Both the position numbers and the translations under genes were made by a program. 64,000 nucleotides of DNA, taken from IMG/VR virus record IMGVR_UViG_3300031853_000007, positions 48,311-112,310 of that record, one strand, 5' to 3'. Every line of letters starts with the position of its first letter. The first letter of the stretch is position 1. The DNA comes from a virus (Duplodnaviria; Caudoviricetes). Shown piece after piece: positions 51,192 to 61,114 of this stretch. The notes under the pieces are model-generated. The model was not told where the DNA came from. It did no database searches and saw only the letters and a program-made list of their open reading frames with translations.

Positions 51192-52415
51192 GTGGGAAAA
51201 GAATACGCAAATTATCATAAGCACGACCATGTGTCGAGTATTATGACACCCGATACACACATCAAAGCGGAAGAATATATACTAAGAGCAAAAGAACTTG
51301 GACATTCGGCGTACTTCACCACCAATCACGGTACTGGCGGAGACATATTTGAAGCAAAGACATTGTGTGATAAGTATGGTTTGCGGTGTATTTACGGAAT
51401 CGAGGGGTATATAGTCCCTGATCCACTAGAGAAAGATAACCGTAACTACCATATTATAATAGTCCCCCGAACCAATCAAGCGAGAAAGAAACTTAATCTT
51501 GTTACGTCAAGGGCGAGTGAAGAAGGGTTTTATTATAAACCACGAATCTTCATTGAGGATTTGCTTAACCTCGAACCCGAAGATTATTACCTGACGACAG
51601 CTTGTGTGGCGGGGTTACTTAAAGACGAGGATAGCTTCGAGAATCTCTTTTCACCGTTAGCTAATCACTTTGGCAAGAATATGTTGCTTGAAGTTCAGTC
51701 TCACGATAACGATACTCAGCGAGAGATTAACAAAAAGTGTTTGGCTTTACGAAAGGCGGGCTACAGACTGGTAGCTGCTAACGATAGTCATTACATTTAT
51801 CCAGAGCAGTCGGCGGAGAGAGACGAATATCTTAAAGGTAAGGGTATTAGTTATCCCGATGAAGAGGAGTTTATTCTTGACTATCCTGATTACGACACGA
51901 TGGTTCAGCGGTTCAAAAAACAAGGAGTTTTGAGCGAAGAGCAAATAATCGAAGCGATTGACAATACAATGTTGTTCTTGGATTGCGAAGATATTTACCT
52001 CGACAAAGAGATAAAGATGCCGACGATATATCCTGATTTGACTACAGAAGAAAAGATAACTGAGTTAAAGAGACACATCAATAAGGCATTTGCCAAGGTA
52101 AAAGAAAGTGATAGTATCCCCAAGGAAAGAATTCCCGAATACATAAAGGAAATCAAATATGAGATGGATATTATCGAAAAGACCGCAGAGGTTCGTTCGG
52201 TTGATTATTTTTTGCTTAATGAAAAGATAGTTGATTTGGCGGTTAACAAATATGGCGGTGTCCTTACCAGAACGGGACGAGGAAGTTGTGGTTCGTTCTA
52301 TACAAACAGAATCCTTGGAATGACACAGCTTGATAGACTCAACGCTCCTGTTGTAATGTATCCTGATAGATTTATGTCTACAGCAAGACTCTTGGAAAAT
52401 AGAGCATTACCTGAT
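51192..52415 (+). CDS. dnaE: DNA polymerase III alpha, exon 1 (PHP domain)
   Basis: YHKHD, TNHG, NDSHY, GRGS; ends at LPD. Confidence 0.92.
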
Positions 52416-52752
52416 AAATCATTGTCCCATTATACGGCGACGTATGATGCGTATGTGGTGAACCCAGACATCTGGGGTGTTTATCTTACGAATAGTAATC
52501 ACAGGAAATGGTGATGAAAAGATAAGCTAACAGGGAAACCTTCATCGAAAGATATGGCAATCCTGTGCTGAGATCATTTTGGTTTTAGTTCAACGACTAT
52601 TCCTTTGGTGGTGAAACTCCACAATAGAAGTAGGGGCGAGGTGAAATTCCTCGCTAGGTGAAAACCCTTTAAATCGAAGTACCACACAACTCACTGAGTT
52701 GATGATATAGTCTAATCCCCTAATAAATATCGGGAAACCGAGGGTGTTAATG
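52416..52752 (+). ncRNA. Group I intron (337 nt, no ORF) in dnaE
   Basis: P AACAGGGAAAC, Q AATCCTGTGC, R TTCAACGACTAT, S GATATAGTCT; terminal G; splicing gives catalytic PDIDFN. Confidence 0.92.
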
Positions 52753-54624
52753 ATTGATTTTAATATTGTAGACCAAGAGCCGTTTGCGGCGGCTAGTAGA
52801 GAATTACTAGGACAACATAGCTGTTATCCTATGGTTGCCTACGGTTCCATGCAGTTATCGGAAGCGTTTCGTAACATATGTAGATCGGCTCAAATCCCAT
52901 ATGATGAATACAATGAAGTAGCTAAAGACCTTGAAAGTTACGCAGAGGATAAGAAGTGGAAATCGTATATTGATAAAGCAAAGAGATTTGTCGGCAGTAT
53001 AGTCTCTGCTTCGCCCCATGCGTGTGCGTTTGTTCTTGACAACAAGGATTTACGCGAAGAATACGGTGTAGTTCGTATCGGCGAAGCCCTTTGCGTTATG
53101 GTTACATCAGTTGAAGCCGATGAATATAAGCTCCTTAAAGATGATTTCCTTATTGTTTCTTGTTGGAAGTTAATCTCGGACACGTTCAAAATGATAGGTA
53201 TTCCTATTATGACGATTCAAGAAATTGAACAGCAATCAGATGATAAAGTCTGGAGTATGTACGAACTCGGTATGACGGCGACACTTAATCAGGTTGACGG
53301 CGAGTGGGCGACAGGACTCATTCAGGAGTATAAACCCAAAAACCTGCAAGAACTCTCCATGTTTGTCGCTTGTCTGCGCCCGTTCTTTAACTCAAATCGT
53401 GATGAATTTATTGCTCGTAAAGTACACTCTACTGGTAGTAAGCACCTTGACGAGATACTGAAAGATACCAATGGATATATATTATTCCAAGAGTCACTGA
53501 TGAAATACTTCGAGTGGCTCGGGGTATCCCCTGCGGAATCTATCGGGCTTATAAAGAAGATAAGTAAGAAGAAGATTCATCAAGAGGATTTCGACAACTT
53601 AACTGAAAGACTGCGGAAACAGTGGATAATCAACACTGGGTCTGAGGATAAGTTCGACGAGACTTTCGCTGACATCCAGTCTTGTATGTCTTACGGATTC
53701 GCCGCACCTCATGCTCTGGCGGTAGCAATCGACAGTCTATATGGTGCTTATCTCAAGATACATTATTCGATGGAATACTACACGGTTTGTTTGAATCTTT
53801 ATGGAACGAATCAAGATAAGACACGACGACTTACAAAGGAACTTGATTACTTCGGAATCAAAGTTGTTTCGCCGAAGTTTAGATATTCGGGCGCGACTTA
53901 TGTACCCGATAAAGAATCGAAGTGTATATATAAAGGTATCGCTTCAATCAAGTATGTCAACAAGAAAGTGGCGGATATCTTGTACTCTATGCGTAACGAA
54001 AAGTTCGATTCGTTTGTGGACTTCTTAAAGGTTAATCCGTGTGACGATAGGCAGACTCGGGTACTAATTAAGTTGAATTTCTTCTCTGAGTTTGGTAAAA
54101 GAAAGAAGCTTTTAGCTGTTTACGACACATACAAAGAGTATGGTGGTAGAAAACAAATCAACAAAGAGAACATACACTCTAAGTTAACATACGATATAAT
54201 TGCTAAGTTTTCAAAGGAAACCAATAAACAATTCCGCGAGATACAGTCTGATAAGCTGATTAACGCTTTGTGTAAGATTATCCCTGACGAGGATTTAACC
54301 CTGTCAGAAATACTCGAAGCTCAGATTGAGTATCTCGGTTACATTGAATATGTGAATCCCGCGATGAAAAAGACAGTTGTTATCCTGACGGAGAATCTAA
54401 AACACGCTCCGAGGTTGACTATCTATTCATTAGCAAAGGGAATTACATCTGAGGTACGAATGAAAAAGCGATTGTATCAGTCGAAGAAACTAAAGGTTGG
54501 GTCTATCTTTAGAGTTAATAAAGACGAAGTAAGACCTAGAATGAGATATGTGAACGGCGATTATGAGCCGATTCCCGATACGAAAGAATACTGGATTGAA
54601 GATTTGGGGGTGATAAAATGTTAG
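52753..54624 (+). CDS. dnaE: DNA polymerase III alpha, exon 2
   Basis: IDFN, HACA, KDDFL, FQE, YGF..PHA. Confidence 0.92.
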   Translation: MDFNIVDQEPFAAASRELLGQHSCYPMVAYGSMQLSEAFRNICRSAQIPYDEYNEVAKDLESYAEDKKWKSYIDKAKRFVGSIVSASPHACAFVLDNKDLREEYGVVRIGEALCVMVTSVEADEYKLLKDDFLIVSCWKLISDTFKMIGIPIMTIQEIEQQSDDKVWSMYELGMTATLNQVDGEWATGLIQEYKPKNLQELSMFVACLRPFFNSNRDEFIARKVHSTGSKHLDEILKDTNGYILFQESLMKYFEWLGVSPAESIGLIKKISKKKIHQEDFDNLTERLRKQWIINTGSEDKFDETFADIQSCMSYGFAAPHALAVAIDSLYGAYLKIHYSMEYYTVCLNLYGTNQDKTRRLTKELDYFGIKVVSPKFRYSGATYVPDKESKCIYKGIASIKYVNKKVADILYSMRNEKFDSFVDFLKVNPCDDRQTRVLIKLNFFSEFGKRKKLLAVYDTYKEYGGRKQINKENIHSKLTYDIIAKFSKETNKQFREIQSDKLINALCKIIPDEDLTLSEILEAQIEYLGYIEYVNPAMKKTVVILTENLKHAPRLTIYSLAKGITSEVRMKKRLYQSKKLKVGSIFRVNKDEVRPRMRYVNGDYEPIPDTKEYWIEDLGVIKC

Positions 54625-55151
54625 AGCGTTATAAATACACAGATGCGGAGATAAAAGTTATTCTTGATAGTATGATAATATTAGTTGATACTAGAGAAAA
54701 GAAAAATTCTCACATCACCGATTACTTTGACAAACATCATATATCTTACGAAAACAAAGCTCTGCAATGTGGAGACTATAGTTTCTATATCAAAGCCATT
54801 CCTGAGTTGTCAATACCACGAGATTTGTACATGGATAAAGATATATTTGTCGAGAGAAAAGGAAGTCTTGAGGAACTGTCGGGTAACTTCACTACTGGAC
54901 GTTCCCGAATCGAGGAAGAGTTTTCGAGTTTTCCTGAGACGAAGAAATATCTACTTATTGAGAATGCGAATTACTCTGATATAGTGGACGAGAACTACTC
55001 GACTCAGTACGGTAAGAAAGCATTTCTTGGGACGATTCACAGCTTTAACCATAAATATAATCTCCAAATCATCTTCATGCCAAATAATAAGTATACTCCG
55101 ATTTACATACTTGGCGTGTTCCAGTATTACTTGAAACATTTACTAAAATAA
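54618..55151 (+). CDS. ERCC4-domain nuclease
   Basis: VDTRE, GDY, VERK. Confidence 0.88.
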   Translation: MLERYKYTDAEIKVILDSMIILVDTREKKNSHITDYFDKHHISYENKALQCGDYSFYIKAIPELSIPRDLYMDKDIFVERKGSLEELSGNFTTGRSRIEEEFSSFPETKKYLLIENANYSDIVDENYSTQYGKKAFLGTIHSFNHKYNLQIIFMPNNKYTPIYILGVFQYYLKHLLK

Positions 55152-55581
55152 AGGAGTGACGGTTATGAAATTAAAGAAGTGCCAGATTGATTGTGACAAG
55201 CCTTGCGCGGATAAGGGTTTTGTTTGTTTAACTACAGACAAGGAAAAGCGTGAGTACAATAAGGCGATAACAGAGATTCAGGATAAGCTCGAAGCTATAA
55301 AGTTCGCGGTTCCTGACGACAACAAGTAACTAATAGAGGGGTGGTGAAAGCCGCCCCTTTACATATTTATGAGGTGTTTCTTATGCAATCAACATTAAAG
55401 CAGAATTTACATCAGAGATATATGGCTCGGTACGAATACATTATGATGCTTCTGAGTTACGAAGATAACTGCAAGGAGTTGAGTACGTATTACATAACAC
55501 CCGAACCCAAAAAGGAGCCGTATAGATACGATTTAGATAGTGCGGCAAAAAGAATAATTGAAAGGAATAGGAGTGTGTGAA

Positions 55582-55818
55582 ATGATTTATAGAAGGATAA
55601 AAATTGAAAACTATACGGATATTAAGAAGTTCGTTGATATAGCAGCAAAGTACGGCGACAACCTTATGATAAAGGGACGCAATTATGAGTTTCCTGCTTG
55701 TTCGCTGATGTCGGTGATGTCTCTCGTAGACCTTTCCGATGAAGTTAAAGTCATGTTTGCGGACGATATCAAAGAAGAGGTTATTCAGGATATTAGTCAG
55801 TGGATAACAAATAACTGA
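55582..55818 (+). CDS. HPr-like protein
   Basis: KFV..A.KY, ACSLMSVMSL resembles the HPr Ser46 region; His15 absent. Confidence 0.65.
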   Translation: MIYRRIKIENYTDIKKFVDIAAKYGDNLMIKGRNYEFPACSLMSVMSLVDLSDEVKVMFADDIKEEVIQDISQWITNN

Positions 55819-55826
55819 GGTGTCTA

Positions 55827-56597
55827 ATGAAGAGTAGAGTGATAAGTCAGTTACTTATTCTATGTTTTGCTTTTGTGACAGTTGTTGCAATCGCCGATAC
55901 AAAGGATAAGGAAACCTACAAAAACAGGATTGGTATTCAACCAGAAAAGCCCGTTACATATTTTACATCGGACATGATAAACTCTAGCAGCTTAACGGAA
56001 GTTTACGAAACTCTTCCTGTATCTGCGGTAACTGAACCCGACTCCAATTCAAACGAAATTCTGCAAGTTAAGAATATTACAGAAGTTGTTTTTGACACTA
56101 CCAATGAAACAGCAGAATCAATTATTGAAGTTCCTGTTGAGGTTGTAGAGTCCGCAAGTGAGTCTTGTGAAAGTTTGCCAATACCAAGTGGAGATACATC
56201 TTTTCATATGTTTATGGACTTTAGAGCTTTAACCAACACAGCAAGCAAACAGTGGGAATTACAGCAAAATGCGTGGACTGATTCAGACGGTTTCCGTAGA
56301 ATAGGCGATGATTATTGCGTGGCTCTTGGAACTGTCTACGGTGAGATCGGTGATAGATTCATAATTATAACTGACGAGGAAAATACATATACGGCTATTA
56401 TGAGCGATGTCAAAGGAACTGATGCGGTGTTTTATGACGGCGTTCACTCTTGGTATCATTACGCAGGAAATGGCTGTAACGTGGTTGAATTTATAGTACA
56501 AACAGAATATCTTCCGAGTGCGGTTACTATAAGCGGTAGCTGTGGTGCAGTAGATTATTTGAGTGGAAATATTGTAAGTATAGAAAGGATAGATTGA
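55827..56597 (+). CDS. Secreted/anchored protein with possible 3D-like cell-wall domain
   Basis: N-terminal hydrophobic segment; YCVALG..YG.IGD, D.K, VVEFIV. Confidence 0.55.
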   Translation: MKSRVISQLLILCFAFVTVVAIADTKDKETYKNRIGIQPEKPVTYFTSDMINSSSLTEVYETLPVSAVTEPDSNSNEILQVKNITEVVFDTTNETAESIIEVPVEVVESASESCESLPIPSGDTSFHMFMDFRALTNTASKQWELQQNAWTDSDGFRRIGDDYCVALGTVYGEIGDRFIIITDEENTYTAIMSDVKGTDAVFYDGVHSWYHYAGNGCNVVEFIVQTEYLPSAVTISGSCGAVDYLSGNIVSIERID

Positions 56598-56600
56598 AAG

Positions 56601-57626
56601 TTGGAAAGAGTTAAGTTATCGGTTAACGAACTGTTCAGTGGTATAGGAAATCAGGTTAGAGGCATCAGAGACACCAATCTTTTTGATGTGACAGTAGCGT
56701 GTACTTCTGATATTGACAAAGATGTAATGGTTTCATATGCAGCTATTCATAACGGTTTGACCAATGAAATGATTGAGAGTTATTCAGACTACCCAAGTAG
56801 GGAGCGAATGGCACAGGATTTGCTTGATAGAAAGATAGGGTATGATTTCAAGAATAACAAGCCTTATGATTGGAATAAGAAAGCAAGAAGCAAAAGCAAA
56901 TACCTTGAAAAGTGTTGGCTTGCCATGAAGTTGTCAAACAATCTTGGAGATATAAGCGGCATTGAAGAATTACCATATGCTGATCTGTGGACAGTTTCGT
57001 TTTGTTGCCAAGACATATCTGTCGCGGGCAATTTGAAGGGGTTTGAAGAAAATAGTGGAACAAGAAGTTCTCTTGTTTGGCAGCAGATAAGACTTCTTAG
57101 AAATTCAATCGCCAAGAATGAAGCTCCTAAGTATATTATGTTCGAGAATGTGAAGAATCTTGTGGGCAAAAAGTTTAAACAAGAATTTGATAGGTTAGTC
57201 AACGTTCTTGATGAACTTGGGTATACAACTTATTGGGAAATCCTCAACGCTAAGAATTGCGGTATTCCTCAGAATCGTGAAAGAGTCTTTGCAATCTGTA
57301 TTCGTAAGGATATAGACACAGGTAAAATGACTTTTCCAAAACCTTTCGATAATGGTCTTAGACTTAAAGATGTTCTTGATGATGTAGTAGATGAAAAGTA
57401 TTACATAAACAATGACAAGGCAGATGAGCTAATAGACGAGCTTATAGAAAATGGAACATTGTCCGAGGAAACATATCCTGTTGCTTCAAGAGGTAGATAT
57501 ACAGATGATAATTCTACTGAGCAGAATATTGAAGTAAGAACCGAAAGTGTCGCAAACGCATTGACTACTGTTCAAAAGGACAGTATGTGTTTAAAATGCA
57601 GCGCACCGAACAGGGTAAGTCGCTGA
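56601..57626 (+). CDS. C5 DNA methyltransferase, N-terminal part (motifs I-VIII plus first TRD-like module)
   Basis: ELFSGIG, SFCCQD (PC variant), ENVKNL, PQNRERVF. Confidence 0.92.
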   Translation: MERVKLSVNELFSGIGNQVRGIRDTNLFDVTVACTSDIDKDVMVSYAAIHNGLTNEMIESYSDYPSRERMAQDLLDRKIGYDFKNNKPYDWNKKARSKSKYLEKCWLAMKLSNNLGDISGIEELPYADLWTVSFCCQDISVAGNLKGFEENSGTRSSLVWQQIRLLRNSIAKNEAPKYIMFENVKNLVGKKFKQEFDRLVNVLDELGYTTYWEILNAKNCGIPQNRERVFAICIRKDIDTGKMTFPKPFDNGLRLKDVLDDVVDEKYYINNDKADELIDELIENGTLSEETYPVASRGRYTDDNSTEQNIEVRTESVANALTTVQKDSMCLKCSAPNRVSR

Positions 57627-58656
57627 GAAAAGCATATGAGTCACATGAAATAAAGCATGGTTTCAATGAATATCGAGAACCCGTTTTGAGAAATGATGGT
57701 ATGACAAACACAATTTCAACAGTTCAGAAAGATAACTTGTTAGTAGAGTGTAATGGGGGGGGGCAGTTGCAACTCCCAATCGACCTCACACTTAACGCTC
57801 CAAGAGCAATCGACCGAGCAAACTGTATCAAGGCAAGATACGATGCCGGAATCTCGAATTTCAGGCAAGACGGTACCGGTGTTATTGAGTTGCAAAGGAA
57901 CAAAGTTTGAGAAATTTGTTGAGTTTTGCTCTACCCTTATGGCGAGAGATTTCAAGGGATTCGGGAACCAGTCAATGACAGGAGTGATAACAAATGACTC
58001 AAAAGATAAATGACTCTACCGATTCAGTAATATTGGGGAGACTTATCCCCAAGAGCAACAAGATACATCAAAACCAAGAGGTATTATCTATTTGTGGGGT
58101 GGGAATAACTTTGAAATCAACAGATTATAAAAATCCTCCTAAAATTCTTGTTTTATGCGATATGGAAGTGGGGGGGCAGCGTGGAAGAGTGTTTAGTAAT
58201 CAAGGAATAATAGGAGCGTTGTCAGCGACTGACTGGAAGGATGCTCCTAAGTGTGTTGTAAAAGAAATAGTAAAGAAAGATGATAATGAGTAGTCCATAT
58301 GATCTACTTTCTCCAGATGATGATGAAAATTATGTAAGAGTAAGACAAGCAACAAAGACTGGTTATATACTCTGTCCTATAAATGGTGTGGCTGACTTAT
58401 CATTTCCATCGAGCAAGCTACGCCGAGGACGAGTTCAAGGTGGGGGGGGGCATAGCTCCTACCATAATGGCAAGTGGTAATTGCTGTTTGTATAGAATTG
58501 AGAGAGTTGAGGATAATAATGAATCAAAACAAACCTAATATTCTTGGGACAATATACGATACCAAATGTGACAATGCTTTTGCGGCAGGACATGGTGCCG
58601 TATATGATCCACAGAATATAGCACCGACTTTAGTAACCGCAACGGGGGGGCAATAA
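57587..58656 (+). CDS. Array of short overlapping ORFs encoding methyltransferase TRD-like modules
   Basis: TNTISTVQKD, ANCIKARYDAG, CSTLMARDFKG, ITLKSTDYKNPPK, GALSATDWKDAPK, RRGRVQ..IAPTI, IAPTLVTATGG. Confidence 0.75.
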
Positions 58657-58942
58657 GCCAATGAGTATTGATAAGAAGAAATTTAGAATAAGGAAACTTA
58701 CGCCCACAGAATGTTTAAGACTGATGAGCGTTCCTGATGAAGATATTCAGAAAGTTAAAGATATAGGAATGTCCGATAGTCAGATGTACAAACAGGCAGG
58801 AAACAGTTTGGTTAGTAATTGCGTTGAGCTGATTTTTGAGCATCTTTTCAAAGCTCAGTATCAAGATGATTTTAAGTGTTATGACGAAAATTTTCAGTAA
58901 ACCCCACAGATCATAATGAAAGTTCTGCCCTAAGTGGGGGGG
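57755..58942 (+). repeat. Five poly-G tracts, each followed by CA (G9 57755, G7 58170, G9 58442, G7 58644, G7 58936)
   Basis: Read directly from the sequence. Confidence 0.9.
58661..58900 (+). CDS. C5 DNA methyltransferase, C-terminal part (motifs IX-X)
   Basis: RIRKLTPTECLRLM, YKQAGNS. Confidence 0.9.
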   Translation: MSIDKKKFRIRKLTPTECLRLMSVPDEDIQKVKDIGMSDSQMYKQAGNSLVSNCVELIFEHLFKAQYQDDFKCYDENFQ

Positions 58943-59209
58943 CAACACCAATCGCTGTATACAAGCAGGCAGTCTTGACTTCGGCAAATGGAGTAAGATG
59001 CACGAAAGCAGCAGAAGATATTATAGCACACATGGAGTTGCACCAACACAGCACACCTGTGGTGGTGGAAATATCGAGAGTAAGATAATTGAGGATAATG
59101 AATAGCGATTGTTTTGGGTCTAGCTGCAATAATCACTTGTGGCATCGTAGATCTTATAGATACTATTGGTTCTGCACAACACGACAATAATAAGAAAAGG
59201 GGTAATTAA

Positions 59210-59695
59210 ATGCTCTATCCGGCACAGCTATATAAGGAAGAGCTTAATAAGAAACTGATTTCTTGCTGGTATCTTCCGAAGTACAAGCACTATTTTGGCG
59301 GTGAGTATTCTGTTCGACAGTTAGAGAACAATGCTTACTGGCATAGAGATTTTGTTCATCTGAACAGCAAGGGCGAGATTGACGGCTACATTGGCTACAA
59401 TTATAACGATATAAACCGTTCGATCAACGGCGTGACTCTAATAGGTTTTGCCGATAATAACATGGTATTTATTAAGGACGTTATTAACCATGTGCAGGAA
59501 ATGTTCGATTCTGGCGCAAGACGTATTGAGTTTTACGCCTTCGCTAACAATCCTGCTGTTAGATTGTACGATAAGTTCATTAACAGATATGGTGGGCGAA
59601 AGGTTGGAACACTAACTGAATCGGCTTGGTATGACGGTAAGTTTCACGATTGTTATATCTATGAAATTATGAATTTGAAAGAGGGTAATAAGTAA
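59210..59695 (+). CDS. GNAT-family acetyltransferase
   Basis: NNPAVRLY, GG..VG.L, DGKFHD..IYEI (RimL/RimJ-like). Confidence 0.75.
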   Translation: MLYPAQLYKEELNKKLISCWYLPKYKHYFGGEYSVRQLENNAYWHRDFVHLNSKGEIDGYIGYNYNDINRSINGVTLIGFADNNMVFIKDVINHVQEMFDSGARRIEFYAFANNPAVRLYDKFINRYGGRKVGTLTESAWYDGKFHDCYIYEIMNLKEGNK

Positions 59696-60408
59696 TGACA
59701 AGATTATGGACTGATTATCTAAATGAAGCAGAAAATCCTGTGAAAGTAACCTTTAAGAATGGCACGACTATAAAGATAGAAAAGGATACAATACCTAATG
59801 TGTATGGGGATTTCTATTATAGCAATTCGGGTTATACTAAAAAATTAGCCGATGAATTATGGCATCAGTTTACAATAGAAAGAAATGACGAAACGATGTC
59901 AACACTTAGAAAGTGTTACAATGACATAATGGGAGCTAATGATAGTACAAAGGAGAAAAAAGATATGCTTACTATAACAAACTACAAGTACGATGAAAAG
60001 ACCGGGAGAAGCACCCTGTACTGGTCGGACAAAACTCAGACAACGGTTACTGCCGATCCTGACACCGAATTTTCTCAGTATGTTGGCTTTGTTTCGGCTT
60101 GTGCCAAGAAGCTCTTTGGTAACAAGTCTACATATCTCAACCAGTTCGACAAGTGGACAGTTAAGATTCCCGCAAGGAAAAAGGCGGAAGCCGAGAAGAA
60201 AGCTGCTGAGGATAAGGCTCGTGAGGAAGCAAGAGCTAAGAGAGCTGCTAAGAAGGCGGAGCGCAAGGCAAAGCGTGATATTGAGATTCGCGCAAAGCAG
60301 CTTGCGGATGAGTACTACGCTCAGGAGATTGAGGGTGAGGCTGAGAAGATAGCACACGAGAAGTATGGTGTTCCGAATAATTGGTTCGACGGTTATTCAG
60401 AGGATTGA
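59695..60408 (+). CDS. Hypothetical protein
   Basis: LYWSD.T.TTV, GF..ACAKKLFG; charged helical tail. Confidence 0.65.
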   Translation: MTRLWTDYLNEAENPVKVTFKNGTTIKIEKDTIPNVYGDFYYSNSGYTKKLADELWHQFTIERNDETMSTLRKCYNDIMGANDSTKEKKDMLTITNYKYDEKTGRSTLYWSDKTQTTVTADPDTEFSQYVGFVSACAKKLFGNKSTYLNQFDKWTVKIPARKKAEAEKKAAEDKAREEARAKRAAKKAERKAKRDIEIRAKQLADEYYAQEIEGEAEKIAHEKYGVPNNWFDGYSED

Positions 60409-61114
60409 GGTGATTATGTGAAGCTTGGTGTCCCTCAGATAATAATGTTGGCTACGTTAGCTATCAACCTAGGTATTAATATGAAGAATCATAAGGAACC
60501 CCACCTCGAACATTATAATGGTTGGGTTATGCTTTTCGCAACGGCAATTAACATCGTTCTGCTTTGGTGGGGCGGCTTCTTTGGTTGAGGTGGTAAGTAC
60601 AATGAGTGAAGACGTGATTCCAATTGATAATTTAGATACAACCAAAAGGTATCGAGTGAAAATGAGATATACGGTATGTGGACATTGTGGTGAGGTTACG
60701 CCTATAGCAATCGCGGTGTTGGGTAAAGAAGATAATGATACCGCTCGTTGCATTCATTGTAAAAAAGAACTCACATGCACAAGTAAATCTAGTTATGTAT
60801 CCTACCTTATCTATTATAAAAATGGTGAATGGATGACGGACAAACAATCAATAGTATTTTATGAAGGAGATGTGTTTAAATGAAGGCAAGAGTGACCAAT
60901 ACAACAGATTCGACTGTTGATAATATTAAGGTTCCCCAGCGGATTCTTGATGACGAAGAGTACGCCAGAGAATTTCGGGAGCGTTTGATTTCGATGGTAC
61001 CCAACGGAGATTACGGCGAGAGCTTCGAGGAGTGGTACGGATACGTAAAGCAGATTGCTTTCTACCAGAAGATGTCGGATATATATGACGATGTAAAGAA
61101 GGGGGATAAGTAAT

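Noticed and set aside
56601-59105. Simple decayed methyltransferase pseudogene
   Set aside because: All catalytic motifs are intact, several fragments have their own RBS, and the breaks coincide with G-tracts or slippery heptamers; homopolymer sequencing error at individual tracts cannot be excluded without reads
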